A DNA stretch of 64,000 nucleotides. Origin: Isurus oxyrinchus. Taxonomy: Eukaryota. The DNA is taken from NCBI GenBank assembly GCA_026770705.1, contig JANJGN010000210.1, positions 310,001 to 374,000 on the forward strand. Reading direction: 5' to 3'. Both the position numbers and the translations under genes were made by a program. Below are positions 47,001 through 61,077 of the stretch, one piece after another (positions within the stretch are counted from its first letter, which is position 1; every line of letters starts with the position of its first letter). The notes below the pieces were generated by a model. That model did not search any database, was not told the DNA's origin, and was given only the letters and a program-made list of their open reading frames with translations.

Positions 47001-50000
47001 AATGCAATAGCCTCTGTCCTACTTTATATTCACCTCGACCCTGCATCAGTAATCACTGCACTATGCCCTGCCTCCATTTTTATCATCTAGACCCTGTATT
47101 AGTAATCAGTGCACTAGTCTCATTTTATATTAATCTAGACCCTGTATCAATAATCACTGCACTGGACACTGTCTCAGTTTATATTGATCCAGACCCTGTA
47201 TCAGTAATTCTGGCATTAGAGCCTGTCTCATTTTATATAAATCAAACACTCTATAATAATCAGTGCAATAAACACCCTCACTTTACATTGTTCTAGACCC
47301 AGTATCAGTAATCACTGCACTAGCCGCTGTCCTCGATTTTATTTATCTTGGCCCTGCAACACTAGTCACTGCACTATGGCCTGCCTTAGTTTATATCAAT
47401 CCAGGTCCTGTATCAGTAATAACTTCGCTGGACCCTGTCTCCATTTATATGAGTCCAGACCCTGTACCAGTAATCACTGCACTGGCCCTTATCCCAGTAT
47501 ATATTTATGTCAACCGTGTATCCGTAATCACTGCACTTGTCCCTGTCTCTGTTTATATGGATCTGGACGCTGTGCCAGTAATCACTGCACTAGACCCAGC
47601 ATCAGTTTACATCAATCCATATCCTGTATCAGTAATCACTGCACTAGACCTTATCTCAGTTTAGATGAGTCCAGAACCTGTATCAGAATTGACAGTTCTA
47701 GAGAATGCCTCCACTTATTTTAGTCCAGACACTGTAACAGTAATCACTGCATTAGCTCCTGTCCCAGTTTACACTTATCTAGACCATGGATCAGTAATCA
47801 CTGCACAATGCCCTGTCTCAGTTTCTGTCAAGCTAGAGCCTGTATCAGGAATCACTGCACTAGACCCCTTCTCAGTTTATATTAATCAAGACCCTGTATC
47901 AGTAATCACTCTACTGGACACTGCCTCAGTTTATATTGATCTAGACCATGTATCAGTAATCACTGCACTAGGCCCTGTCTCAGTTTATATTCGCCCTAGA
48001 GCCTTGTTCAGTAATTACTGCAATATGGCCTGCCTCAGTTCATATTAATTTAGACCATGTATCAGTAATTACTTCAATGGACACTGTCTCAGTTTATATT
48101 GACCCTGATCCTGTATCATTAATCAATGCACTAGCCTCTGTCCTGCTTTACATTTACCTTGGCCCTGCATCAGTAATCACTGCACTAGGCTCTGTCTCAG
48201 TTTACATTAATCTACACCCTGTATCAGTAATCACTGCACTATGCCCTGCCTCTGTTTTTATCGTCTAGACCCTGTATCAGTAATCATCACACTTGGGTCT
48301 GTCTCAGTTTATATTAATCGAGACCCTGTTTCAGTAATCACCTCACTGGACACTGTCTCAGTTTATATTGATCCAGACCCTGTATCAGCAATCACTGCAG
48401 TAGGCCCAGTCTCAGTTTATATTTGTCTCGGCCCTGTATCAATAATCTCTGCACTGGACATTGTCTGAGTTTATATTAATTTTGACCCTACTTCAGTTTT
48501 CATTGCACTGGACCCTGTCTCAGATTCTATTAATCTAGACCCTGTATAGTAATGACTGCACTGGACATTGTCTGAATTTATATTGATCAGGACCATGTAT
48601 CTGTAAACACTGCACTAGAATCTGTCTCAGTTTCTATTAATCTAGTCATCCATGTCATTTATATAAATGACAAATAATAGGGGACCCAGCACAGATCCCT
48701 GTGCTACGCCACTGGACACTGGCTTCCAGTAACTAAAGCATCCTTCTGTCATCATCCTCCGTCTCCTACAACAAAGCCAATTTTTGAATTATATTCTGCC
48801 CTGCCTCAGTTTTTATCAATCTAGACGCTGTATCAGTAATCACCATACTAGGCCTTGTCTCAGTTTACATTAATTTAGAGCCTGCATCAGGAATCACTGC
48901 ACTGTGCCCTCCGCAATTTATATTAATCAAGACCCCGTGTCAGTAATCACTGCACTGGACACTGTCTCAATTTATATTGAGCTAGGCCATTTATCAGTCA
49001 TCTCTACACTAGACCTGTCTCAGATTATATTAATCTAGACCCTGTATCTGTAATCTCTGTACTTGAGGCTGTCTCAGTTGATATTAATCTAGTCCCTGTA
49101 ACATTAATCACTGCACTAGGCCCTTTCTCAATTTTTATTAATCAAGACCCTGTATCAGTATTCACTGCAGTAGGAACTGTCTCAGTTGATATTGATCTAG
49201 ACCCTGTCTCAGTTTATATTGATCTTGGTCCCACATCTGTTATCTCTGCACTAGACTCTGTCTCACTTTATATTAATTTAGTCCCTGCAGCAGTCATCAC
49301 TGCAAGAGCTCCTGTCCCAGTTATATTTATCTAGGCCCTGTATCAATGAACACTTCACATTTTATGTTGGTTCAGACCGTGTATCAGTAATTACTGCACA
49401 AAAGCCTGTCTCAGTTTATATTAATCAAGACCCTGTTTCAGTAATCACTGCACTCAACCCTGTTCTGGTAATAATAATTTGCAACCTGAACCTAAAAACA
49501 CTGCACTGGGCTGTTTCTCAGGTTCAATTAATCTGGACCCTGTATCAGTAATCACTGCACTAGACCCTGTTCCATTTTATATGCATCCAACCCTGTAACA
49601 CAAATCATGGCCCTCGGCCTTGTCTCAGTGTATATCAATCTAGGCCCTGTATCAGTAATCACTGCACGAGACCCTACGTCATTTTATATCAATTTGGACT
49701 CTATATCAGCAATCACTGCACTTGAGCCTCTCTGAGTGTATATTAATGTCGGCCCGGTATCAGTAATCCCTGCACCATGCCCTGCCACAGCTTTTTTTAT
49801 GAATCTAGACCCTGTTTCAGTTATCCCTGAACTAGGCCCCATCTCAATATCTATATTAACCTAGACCCTGTATCAGTAATCACTGCCCGAGTCCCTGTGC
49901 CAGTTATATTTATCTAGGCCCTGTATCAATGAACGCATCACCAGGCCCTGTCTCAGTTTATGTTAGTTCAGACCATGGATCAGTAATTACTGCACAAGAG

Positions 50001-53000
50001 CCTGTCTCAGTTTATATTAATCAAGACACTGTTTCAGTAATCACTGCACTTGTCTCTGTTCTGGTTATTATAATCTGCATCCTGAATCTATAATCACTGC
50101 ACTTGGCCCTCTCTCAGTTTCTGTTAACCTAGACCCTGTATCAGTAATCACTGCAGTAGGCCCTGCCTCAATTTATATTTATCTCGGACCTGTATCAGTA
50201 ATCGCTGCATTGGACATTATCTGAGTTTATATTGATTGAGACCCTGTATCAATAATTACTGCACAAGAACCTGTCTCAGTTTATATTAAGCTAGATCCTG
50301 TGTCTGTAATCACTGCATGAGAGCATACCTCAGTTTTTATAAATCTAGATCCTGTATCAGTAATCAGTGCACTCGGCATTGTCTGAGTTTATATTGATTG
50401 AAACCCTGTATCAGTAAACACTGGACTAGACCCTGTCTCAGTTTATATTAATTTAGATCCTGTATCAGTAATGACTGCACTTGGCCCTGACTCAGTTTAT
50501 ATTAAACCAGGCCCTGTATCAGTAATCACAGCACATGGAGCGATCTCAGTTTATATTGATCTGGACACTGTATCAGTTATCAATGCACTAGACCTTGCCT
50601 CAGTTTATATTAATCCAGGCTCTGTGTCAGTAATCACTGCACTGGACATTGTCTGAGTTAATATTGATTCAGACCATGTGTCAGTAATCACTGCACTGGG
50701 TCATGTCTGAGTATATATTGATCCTGATTCTATATCGGTAAGCATCACACCAGACCATGTCTCAATTTAGATTAATCTCGATCCTGTATCAGTAATCCCC
50801 GCACTATGCCCTGCCTCAGTTTATATCAATCAAGACCCTGTATCAGTAATCCCTGCACTAGGCCCTGTCTCAGTTTATATTAGTCCAGAGCCTCTATCAG
50901 TAATCACTGCACTAGGCCCTTTCTCCATTGATATTGATCTAGATCTTGAATCAGTAATCACTGTGAAGGACACTGTCTCAGTTTATATTGATCCAGATCC
51001 CATATCGTTAATCACTGCACTAGCCCTTGTCCTGGCTTATATTTATCTAGGCCCTGTCTCAGTTTATATTAATCTGTACCCTGTATCAGCAATCACTGCA
51101 CTATGTCCTGCCTCAGTTTTTTTAAAATCAGTCTAGACCCTGTATCAGTAATCACTGCACTAGGCCCTATCAAAGTTTATATTAATTTAGCCCCTGCAGC
51201 AGTAATCACTGCCCGAGCCCCTGTCCCAGTTATAATTATCTGGGCCCTGTGTCAGTGAACAGTGTACCAGGCCCTGTCTCAGGTTATGTTATTTCAGACC
51301 AAGCATCAGCGATTACTGCACAAGAGCCTGACTCAGTTTATATTAATCAAGGCCCTGTTTCAGTAATCACTGCTCTCGTCCCTGTTCTGGTTATAATAAT
51401 CTGCACCCTGAATCTATAATCACTGCACTTTTCCCTCTCTCAGTTGCTATTAACCTGGACCCTGCATCAGTAATCAAGTTAATATGTCCTGTCTTAGTTT
51501 ATATCAATCTAGACCCTAAATCAGTAATCGCTGCACTAGGCTATGCCTCAGTTCATATTAATCTGGACCATGTATCAGTAATCACTGCACTAGACACGAT
51601 CTTAATTTTATATTTATCAAGACCTTGGATCAGTCATCACTGCACTAGACACTGTCTCATGTTATATTAATCCAGACCCTGCATCATTAATCACTGCACT
51701 GGACCTTATCTCAGTTTATACTGATGTACGTTCTGTAACCGTAATTACTTCAAAGGACACTGTCTCAGTTTATATTGATCCTCATCCTGTATCATTAATC
51801 ACTGCACTAGCCCCTGACCTAGTTTATATTAGTCTCGTCCCTGTGTCGGTAATCACTGCACTAGGCCCTGACTTAGTTTATATCAACCTAGACCTTCTAT
51901 TAGTAATCACTGCACTAGGCCCTGTCTCAGTTTACATTGATCTAGACTCTGAATAAGTAATCACTGCACTATGGCCTGCCTCAGTTTATATTAATCTGTG
52001 CCTAAATCAGTAATCGCTGCACTAGGCCCTGCCTCAGTTCATATTAATTTAGGCCACGTATCAGTAATCATTGCAATGGGCACTGCCTCAGTTTATACTG
52101 ATCCTGATCCTGTATCATTATTCACTGCATTAGCCTCTATCCTGCTTTATATTTACCTCGGCCCTGTATCAGTAATCACTGCACTAGGCTCTGTCACAGT
52201 TTATATTAATCTAGACCCTGTATCAGTAATCTCTGCACAATGCCCTGCCTCAGTCTTTATCATCTGGACCGTGCATCAGTCATGATTGCACTAGGCTCTG
52301 TCTCAGTTTATAATGATTCAGACACTGTATCAGTAATCATTGCACTAGCCACTGTCCACATTTTTATTTATCTAGGCCCTGCATCAGTGATCGCTGCACT
52401 ATGGCCTGCCTCAGCTTATATCAATCCATATTCTGTATAAGTTATCAATTCGCTCGACCCTGTCTCAGTTTATATTAGTCCACAACCTGTATCAATAATG
52501 ACAGAGCTAGAAAATGCCTCAGTTTATGAGTCCAGATCCTGTATCAGTAATCACTGCAATGGCCCCCATCCCAGTACATATTTATATAGACCCTGGATCA
52601 GTAATCACTGCACTAGCCCCTGTCTCTGTTTATATTGATCTAGACCCTGTGTCAGTAATCACTGCACTAGACCCAGCATCAGTTTATATCAATCTAAACC
52701 CTCGAGCAGTAATCACTGCACTTGGCCTGTCTCAAGCTCTATTAATCCAGACCCTGTATCAGTAATCACTGCACTAGACCCTATCCCAGTTTATATTGAT
52801 CTAGACCATGCATCATAATCAGTGCAATGGACACTGTCTCATTTTATATTAATCTAGGCCCTGTATCAGTAATCACTTCACTATGCCATGCATCCATTTT
52901 TATCAATCCATATCCTGTATCAGTAATCACTGCACTAGACCTTAACTCAGTTTGTATTAGTCCAGAACCTGTATCAGTAATGATAGAACTCAATACCTCC

Positions 53001-53152
53001 GTTTATTTTAGTCCAGACACTGTAACAGTGATCATTGCACTAGCCCCTGCCCCAGTTTATATTTATCTAAACCCTGTATCAATGATCACTGCACAATGCC
53101 CTGTTTCAGTTTACATCAAGCCAGAGCCTGTATCAGTAATCGCAGCACTATA

Positions 53153-53507
53153 ATAAAAGCAAAAAAACTGTGATGCTGGAAATCCAAAACAAAAACAAAA
53201 ATACCTGGAAAAACTCAGCAGGTCTGGCAGCATCTGGGGAGAGAAGCACAGTTAACATTTCGAGTCCGCATGACTCTTCAACAAACTAAGGAAAAATAGA
53301 AAAGGGGTGAAATATATCTTATTAGCTTATATCCCACCACCACCACCGCACCCCCCCCCTACTTAAACCAGCTTATATTTCACCCCTTTTCTATTTTTCC
53401 TTAGTTCTGTTGAAGAGTCATGTGGACTTGAAATGTTAACTGTGTTCCTGTCCCACAGATGCTGCCAGACCTGCTGAGTTCTTCTAGGTAATTTTGTTTT
53501 AGTTACT
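53153..53507. mobile_element. Palindromic Penelope-derived element with hammerhead motif
   Basis: ~125-bp inverted arms; perfect 11-bp TSD gcagcactata (53142-53152 / 53508-53518); agtt-CTGTTGA-a-GAGTC..GACTT-GAAA at 53403-53433. Confidence 0.85.
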
Positions 53508-54486
53508 GCAGCACTATACCCTGTCTCAGTTTATATTAATCAAGACCCTGTATCAGTAATCACTCTACTGGACACTGCCTTCGTTTATATTGATCTAGAT
53601 CATGTATCAGTAATCACTGCACTTGGTCCTGTCTCAGTTTATGTTAGTCTAGATCCTTTATGAGTAATCATTGCATTAGCCCCTGCATCAGTTTATATCA
53701 ACCTAGATCCTGTATCAGTAATCACTGCACTGGACACTGTCCTAGTTTATTTTTTATCTCAGCCGGCTATGAGTAATCACTGCACTATGGCTTGCCTCAG
53801 TGTATATCAGCCTTGACCCTGTATCAGTAATCATTGCACAGGGCATTGAGTGAATTTATATTGATCAAGATCCTGTATCTATAAACACTGGACTAGACCC
53901 TGTCCCAGTTTATATTAATCTAAATCCTGTGTCTGTAATCACTGCACTAGCCCCTGTCTCTGTTTATATTGATCTAGACCCTGTGTCAGTATTCATTGTA
54001 CTAGACCCAGCATCAGTTTATATCAATCTAAACCCTCGAGCAGTGATCACTGCACTTGGCCTGTCTCAAGCTCTATTAACCTAGACCCTGTGTCAGTAAT
54101 CACTGCACTCGACCCTATCCCAGTTTATATTGATCTAGACCATGCATCATAATCAGTGCAATGGACACTGTCTCATTTTATATTAATCTAGGCCCTGTAT
54201 CAGTAATCACTTCTCTATGCCATGCCTCCATTTTTATCAATCCATATCCTGTATCAGTAATCACTGCACTAGACCTTAACTCAGTTTATATTAGTCCAGA
54301 ACCTGTATCAGTAATGATAGAACTCAATACCTCCGTTTATTTTAGTCCAGACACTGTAACAGTGATCATTGCACTAGCCCCTGCCCCAGTTTATATTTAT
54401 CTAGACCCTGTATCAATGATCACTGCACAATGCCCTGTTTCAGTTTACATCAAGCCAGAGCCTGTATCAGTAATCGCAGCACTATA

Positions 54487-54839
54487 ATAAAAGCAAAAAA
54501 ACTGTGGATGCTGGAAATCCAAAACAAAAACAAAAATACCTAGAAAAACTCAGCAGGTCTGGCAGCATCTGGGGAGAGGAGCACAGTTAACATTTCGAGT
54601 CCGCATGACTCTTCAACAAACTAAGGAAAAATAGAAAAGGGGTGAAATATATCTTATTAGCTTATATCCCACCACCACCACAACCCCCCTCCCACTTAAA
54701 CCAGCTTATATTTCACCCCTTTTCTATTTTTCCTTAGTTCTGTTGAAGAGTCATGTGGACTTGAAATGTTAACTGTGTTCCTCTCCACAGATGCTGCCAG
54801 ACCTGCTGAGTTCTTCTAGGTAATTTTGTTTTTGTTATT
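54487..54839. mobile_element. Duplicate of the 53153 element
   Basis: Same arms, TSD (54476-54486 / 54840-54850) and flanks, at an offset of 1334 nt. Confidence 0.85.
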
Positions 54840-55527
54840 GCAGCACTATACCCTGTCTCAGTTTATATTAATCAAGACCCTGTATCAGTAATCACTCTAC
54901 TGGACACTGCCTTCGTTTATATTGATCTAGATCATGTATCAGTAATCACTGCACTTGGACTTGTCTCAGTTTATGTTAGTCTAGATCCTTTATGAGTAAT
55001 CATTGCACTAGCCCCTGCATCAGTTTATATCAACCTAGACCTGGTAACAGTAATCACTGCACTTGGCCGCAACTCAAGTTTATTTAATCTAGACCCTGTA
55101 TCAGTAATCACTGCACTGGACACTGTCCTAGTTTATTTTTTATCTCAGCCCGCTATGAGTAATCACTGCACTATCGCTTGCCTCAATGTATATCAACCTT
55201 GACCCTGTATCAGTAATCACTGCACAGGGCATTGAGTGAATTTATATTGATCAAGATCCTGTATCTATAAACACTGGACTAGACCCTGTCCCAGTTTATA
55301 TTAATCTAAATCCTGTGTCTGTAATCACTGCACTCAAGCATGTCTCAGTTTATATTAATCTAGATCCTGTATCAGTTATCATTGCACATGAGCCTGTCTC
55401 AGTTTGCATTAATCTAATCACTGTATCAGTAAGCATTGCACTAGGCCCTGTCTCAGTTCATGATAATCTAGACCCTTCATTAGTAATCACTGCACTAGGC
55501 ACTGTCTCAGTTTATATCAATCTGGAT

Positions 55528-56830
55528 AAAAGCAAAATAGTGTGGATGCTGGAAATCTGAAAGAATAGTATAAAATGCTGGGACATCACAGCAGGTCTGA
55601 CAGCACCTGTGGTGAGAGAAGCAGAGCTAACTTTCTGAGACCGTATGACCTTCCTCAGAGCTAAAGAGAAGTCAAAATGTGATGACATTTGCTGTTTAAG
55701 TGGGGTGGAGCAGGTCAGGCTAGATAGAAGACAAGCAATAGGTAGGAGTCAGGTGACACTGCCAAACATATCATAGGCAAACAGAAAAAGGGAGTGTTAA
55801 TGGCAGTAGTAAGGCTAAAGTAGGTGCTAATAGAGTCATAAAGGTAAGAAAGCAGAATGTGTTAACAGCAGAGCCAGAATCAACACACTGTGAAAGAACA
55901 ACATGGGATAAGTAACTGATGGCCCTTTTGGGGGTGTGGTAGGGGTGGTTGGGGAAAAACGGTATAAAAAGGAACGAAAAAGGAGATAAAAAGAGGATAA
56001 AACAATGAATAAATAAATAAGGCTGTAAAGTGGAAGATGAGTTTCTGTTCCTCCAGTTTGCATTGGGTTTCACTGGGGCAATGCAGCAGGTCAAAGAGGG
56101 ACATGTGGGTATCAGAGAAGGATGGTGTGTTGAAATTGCAAGTGACAGGAAGGACTAGGTCATGCTTTCAGATAGACCGAAGGTGTTCCACAAAGCAGCC
56201 TGCCAGTCTGTGTTTGGTGTCCCCAATCTCGAGGAGACAGCATTGGGAGCATCGAATGCAGTCAACCAAATTGAACGAGGTGCAATGAAGCGGTGCTTCA
56301 CCTGAAAGGAATGTTTGGGCCCTTGGATGGTGAGGAGGGAGGAGGTAAAGGGGCAGGTGTTGCATCTTCTCTGATTGCTTGGAAAGGTGCTATGGGAAGG
56401 GATGAGGTGTTGCGGATGATGGAGGAGTGGACCAGGGTGTCTCGGAGGGAATGGTCCCTGTGGAATGCTGACAGGGCTGGGGGTGGAGTGGTGAGGGGAA
56501 GGTGTGTTTGGTAGTGGCATCATGTTGGGATTAGCAGAAAAGACGGAGGATGATCCTTCAAATGTGGGGGTGGTGGGATGAAATATGAGGAAAAGGGGAA
56601 CCTTATCATGATTCTGGGAGAGAGGGGAATGTGTGAAAGCAGTGATGTGGGAGATGGGTCGGACACGGTTGAGGGCCTTGTCAACCACAGTGGGTGTGAA
56701 ACCTTGGTTAAGGAAGAAGGAAGGCATATCAGAAGCATTGTTTTGGATAGTGGCATCATCGGAACAGATGTGAAGGAGGTGAACGAACTAAGAGAATGGA
56801 ATGGCATTTTTCCAGCATTTTCTGTTTTTA
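55528..56830 (-). mobile_element. Penelope-like retroelement, 5'-truncated (RT thumb/linker plus GIY-YIG endonuclease remnants)
   Basis: 'FFLNQGFTPTVVDKAL...KVPLFLIFHP', 'RRCNTCPF', 'CTSFNLVDCIRCSQCCLLEIGDTKHRLAGCFVEHLRSI' (decayed GIY-YIG), 'KLEEQKLIF'; 3' hammerhead-like CTGAGGA...GAAA near 55625-55662; short inverted end piece at ~56806-56830. Confidence 0.88.
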
Positions 56831-57502
56831 TATCAACCTTGATCCTGTATTAGTAATTACTGCATTGGACCCTTCCTCCGTTGACATTAACCTCGGCCCT
56901 GTATAAGTAATTACTTCACTAGACCCTGTCTCAGTTTATATCAATCTAAACCCTGTATCAGTAATCACTGCACTAAGCCCTGTCTCAGCCTATAACAATC
57001 CAGGCCCTGTATCAGGAATCACTGCACTAGACCCTGCCTCAGCTTATGTCAATCGAGGCCCTGTTTTAATAATTCCTATACATCCCCTGTTCAATTTATT
57101 TCACACCCTCATTTGTAACTGTAAACGCTAGATTACACTTTGCTTAGGTTATTGTTGTACAGGTGAACGTCACTGTTAATAGTACAATGGGCCTTATCTT
57201 GTTTATTATTGCAGCCGTCCATATCTCTACTTGTGTTGCAATTGGTCCTTTCCCAGTTATCACTGCACCTGACACTGCTGCTGTTTATATCATGCATATC
57301 ATGCGCCAGTTATTACTACATTAGGCCGTGCTTCCGTGGACACTCCAATTAAACCTTTTCCAGTTCGCACTGTAGTACAACCATGTTTTAATTTATATTT
57401 CACTGCAAATTGTGTTTTGTTGCTTTACACTGAACCATGCTTCAGTTATCACTGCCCTTGACCTGCTGAACTTGTCTCACTGATGACTGTACTGGACCAT
57501 AC

Positions 57503-58160
57503 GAACACACGAGTATACGAACAATGAGCATGATTAGGCCATTCAGCCCCTCGAGCTTGCTCCACCATTTAATAATATCATGGCTGAACGGATAGTAACA
57601 TGAAATCTGCATCCTGCTGACACCCGATAACTTATCACCCCCTTGCTTAGCAAGAATCTATCCACCTCTGCCTCAAGGCTCTGCTTCCACTGCCTTTTTA
57701 GGGAGCGAGTCCCAAAGATTCACAACCCTGAGAGTGAAAATATTCGCCTCATCTCTGTTTTACATGGCCGACACCTTATTTTTAAACAGTGACCCCTAGT
57801 TCCAGATTCTCCCACAAGAGGAAACACCCTCTCCACATCCACCCTGTCAAGACCACGCAGGATCTTATATATTTCAGTTGTCACCTCTTACTCTTCTAAA
57901 CCCCAGAAGACATAAGACTAGCCTGTCCAACCATTCCTCATTAGGCAACCCACCCATTCCAAGTATTAGTTTAATAAACCTTCTCTGAACCTCTTACAAC
58001 ACATTTACATCCTTCCTTAAATAAGGTGACCAATACAGTAGACAATACACGAAACATGATCTCACGGATGCCCTGTATAGCTGAAGCATAACTTCCATAC
58101 AATTGTATTTAATTCCTCTTGCAATAAATTATAACATTCTATTAGTTTTCCCAATTATTT
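57503..58160 (-). mobile_element. CR1-type LINE 3' fragment
   Basis: Reverse-complement similarity to 8060-8850. Confidence 0.8.
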
Positions 58161-58434
58161 ACCATTTCTCCTTTTATCTTTCTCTCAGCATTGTATCTGT
58201 GTATATAATGCTATCTGCAGTTTAACTTATTAATGCACTGGACAATGTTTCTATATACACTACAATTGACCTTTTCTCAGTTATTACTGCACTAGACTAT
58301 GTCTCTATCTCTACTATATTATATGATGCTTCATTTATTAATGCACATAGCCGTGCCTCTATATATACTGCAAGTGACAATTCCTGAGCTTCTGTTGCAT
58401 TGCACAGAGCTTTCGTTTGTATTTTACTAGGATT

Positions 58435-59595
58435 TATCTGACAACCAAATTGTGAGAAAAGTTATAGCTCATGGAATAAAAGGGACAGAAGCAATGTGGA
58501 TACAAAGTTAGCTGAAAAAAAGGAAGCAGGATGTAATGGTCAATTAATATTTTTCGGGCTGGAGGAAGGTTTGTAGTGCAGTTCCCCAGGGGTCGGTCTT
58601 GGGACCCTTGCTTTTCCTGATATATATTAACCATCTAGGCATTGGTGTGCAGAAGACAATTTGAAAGTTTGCGGATGATACGAAGCTTGGGAGTGTTGCA
58701 AACTGCCAGGGGAATGGTGTGGGACTTCAAGAGAACACAGACAAGTTGGTGGAGTGGGCAGATAGGTGGCAGATGAAATTCAATGTGGAGAAGTGCGAGG
58801 TGATACATTTTGGTAAGAGGAACATGGACAGGCAAAATAAATAAGGGGTGGAGTTTTGAAAGGAGTGCAGGAGCAGAAAGACTTGGGTGTAGATATGCAT
58901 AGATCTTTGAAAGTGGCAGGACAGGTGGAGAGAGCAGTTAATAAAGCAAATAGTATCCTGCGCTCTATTAATAGGGGCATAGAGTACAAGAGCAGGGAGG
59001 TTATGCTGAATTTATATAAGGCCCTCATTAGACCTCAGCTGGAATATTGTGTACCGTTCTTTGTACCATATTATAGGAAGGATGTGAATATATTGGAGAG
59101 AGTGCTGAAGTGGTTTAGAAGAATGTTCCCAGGGATGAGAAACTTCAGTTATGAGGGGAGATTGGAGAAGTTGGGATTGTGTTCCATGGAGGAGAAGGCT
59201 GAGAGGAGATTTGATTGAAGTTTTCAAAATCATGAGTGGGCTGGATAGAGTAGAGAGGAAGAAACTGTTCCCATTTGTAAAGGGATAAAGAATGAGAGGG
59301 CACAGGTTTAAAGTGATTTGCAAAAGAAGCAAATGTGACGTCAGAACTTACTTTTTCACACAGCGAGTGGTTCAGCCTGGAATACACTGCCTGGAAGTGT
59401 GAGGGAAGCAGGTTCAACTGAGGCATTCAAGAGGGCATTAAATGATTATTTGAATAGAAACAAAGTGCTAGGGTGCGGGGAAAAGCCAGGGAAATGGCAC
59501 TAGGTCAGAATGCCCATTTGGAGAGCCGATGCAGACAAGTTGGGCCGAATAGCCTCCTGTTGTACCGTTAAAGTTCTGTGATTCTATGATTCTGT
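58435..59595 (+). mobile_element. CR1-type LINE RT 3' fragment
   Basis: gttccccaggggtcggtcttgggaccc (VPQGSVLGP), aagtttgcggatgatacgaag (KFADDTK), 'EKDLGVD...LYKALIRPQLEYC'; ends in (attctatg)n. Confidence 0.9.
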
Positions 59596-60211
59596 GCTAT
59601 TATGTTTTAGGCTGCTTCATTCATCACTGTACTCTTCTGTGTCTCATCTTATATTATAAAGGCCCTATCCCATTTATTAATACACGAGACCAAGTCTCAG
59701 TTATTACTGCACGATAAAAGGTCTCTACTAACTGGATAGAGCTGGAGAGAGAGCCAGGTGGACAGGTGGGTATTAATTTTTAATATGTTATAATATCCTG
59801 TAGGTAATAATGTGTTGGAAGGATTCATTTAGTCTTGTTAATAACTATTAGACGTTGTGTGCAATTTCTAATTGCTCTAGTGTGATGTGTGTAATGTTTG
59901 TGTTGAAAGTTTGGGGTGAATCTTGTAACATTCCCTTCATCAATGAGAATGAGGAATAGAAATAAAGATGAACCACATTGCACTGCACACTGCACAACTT
60001 AGTCACAAACTGCATTGTGTTGGAGATGACTGATTCATACTTGACTTTATCTATGACAATTGCTCACAGTTTCTTTAATTTCCAGATATTTTTCCCTCTT
60101 TCAACAGAAATTTCTGTTTGCTTTTGGCATGGTCATTGATTGTGACAGACAGGGTCTGAAGCCGCATCCTCAGGCGAATGGGCTGCTGCAGGCTCCTAAT
60201 AACCAATGTTC

Positions 60212-60400
60212 CTGTGTGTGAAAGGTATGTGTGTCTGTGTGTGCATATGTGTGTGTCTGTGTGTGTCTGCGTATATGTGTGTGTGTGTGTGTGTGTGTTA
60301 CTGTTTGTGTGTCTGCGTGGCTGAGTGTGTGCTTGTGCCTGTGCATGTGTGTGGCTGTTTGGCTGTGTGTATGAATGTGTGCAGCTATATGTGTGGTGCG
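60212..60400. repeat. (TG)n imperfect microsatellite
   Basis: Direct inspection. Confidence 0.85.
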
Positions 60401-61077
60401 GGTACGTCTAGAACATATCATGCTTCATTGCTTTCAAAAGACATTGTAATTATTTTTCAACACGTTACGATAGTTTATTGAGAACATATCTATATGCTGC
60501 CTATACTGCCGTTAATATTTATCGGTAATGCATTGTCTTGAGTACTCTGGAAAGTAATGTCAAGCTGGCCATTCCATTGTCAAGGAAAATACATCTTTAA
60601 AATGACTCACTGAACCTCTTCCCTCTCTTCCTCTGTCTCAGACTACACCTAAATCAGTTAACCTCTCTTCTCTCTCCCAGACTTCACTTTACTCACTTAC
60701 ACAGAATCACAAGGGCCGGATCTGGCAGCTTCAAGGAACCAATGTTTAAATCTTTTGCTTAAGGCACATTATCACTGAAAAAATTAAGCACCAAAATCTC
60801 ATCAGAGGAAAATTCAGTGCCATAAAGACACCAGCTCATTCACTTAACTTCTCTCCTCTCTTTCTCTCAGGCAGCACCAAACTCTCTAAAAACTTTCCAT
60901 TTTAGAATAACCCCCTGTGAGCGGTATTATTGTTTTAATTTCCCCTCTTTTCTCCCAGTGATAACATTCAGTCAATCTCGTCTTCAGTTAATATGTTATA
61001 ACCAAAATAACCTCATTTATTTAATTCTTTAAATTTGGAATAGAGTTGAATGTTATGCTGAGACTGGCAGCAATCTG

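Larger units (their letters stand above)
42380..57070 (+). repeat. 54-bp (2x27) satellite array, ~13-15 kb, with nested insertions and duplications
   Basis: Alternating ctagaccctgtctcagtttatattaat / ctagaccctgtatcagtaatcactgca; gives 'LDPVSVYIN-LDPVSVITA' spurious ORFs. Confidence 0.95.

Noticed and set aside
42380-57070. Satellite as a CRISPR array, a repeat-protein gene (LDPVSVYIN/LDPVSVITA) or an RSS array (gtttatatt-23 nt-cactgca)
   Set aside because: No unique spacers or cas genes in this vertebrate DNA. ORFs stay open only because 27 is a multiple of 3, and they are frequently broken. The RSS-like reading gives TGCAGTG, lacking the essential 5' CAC.
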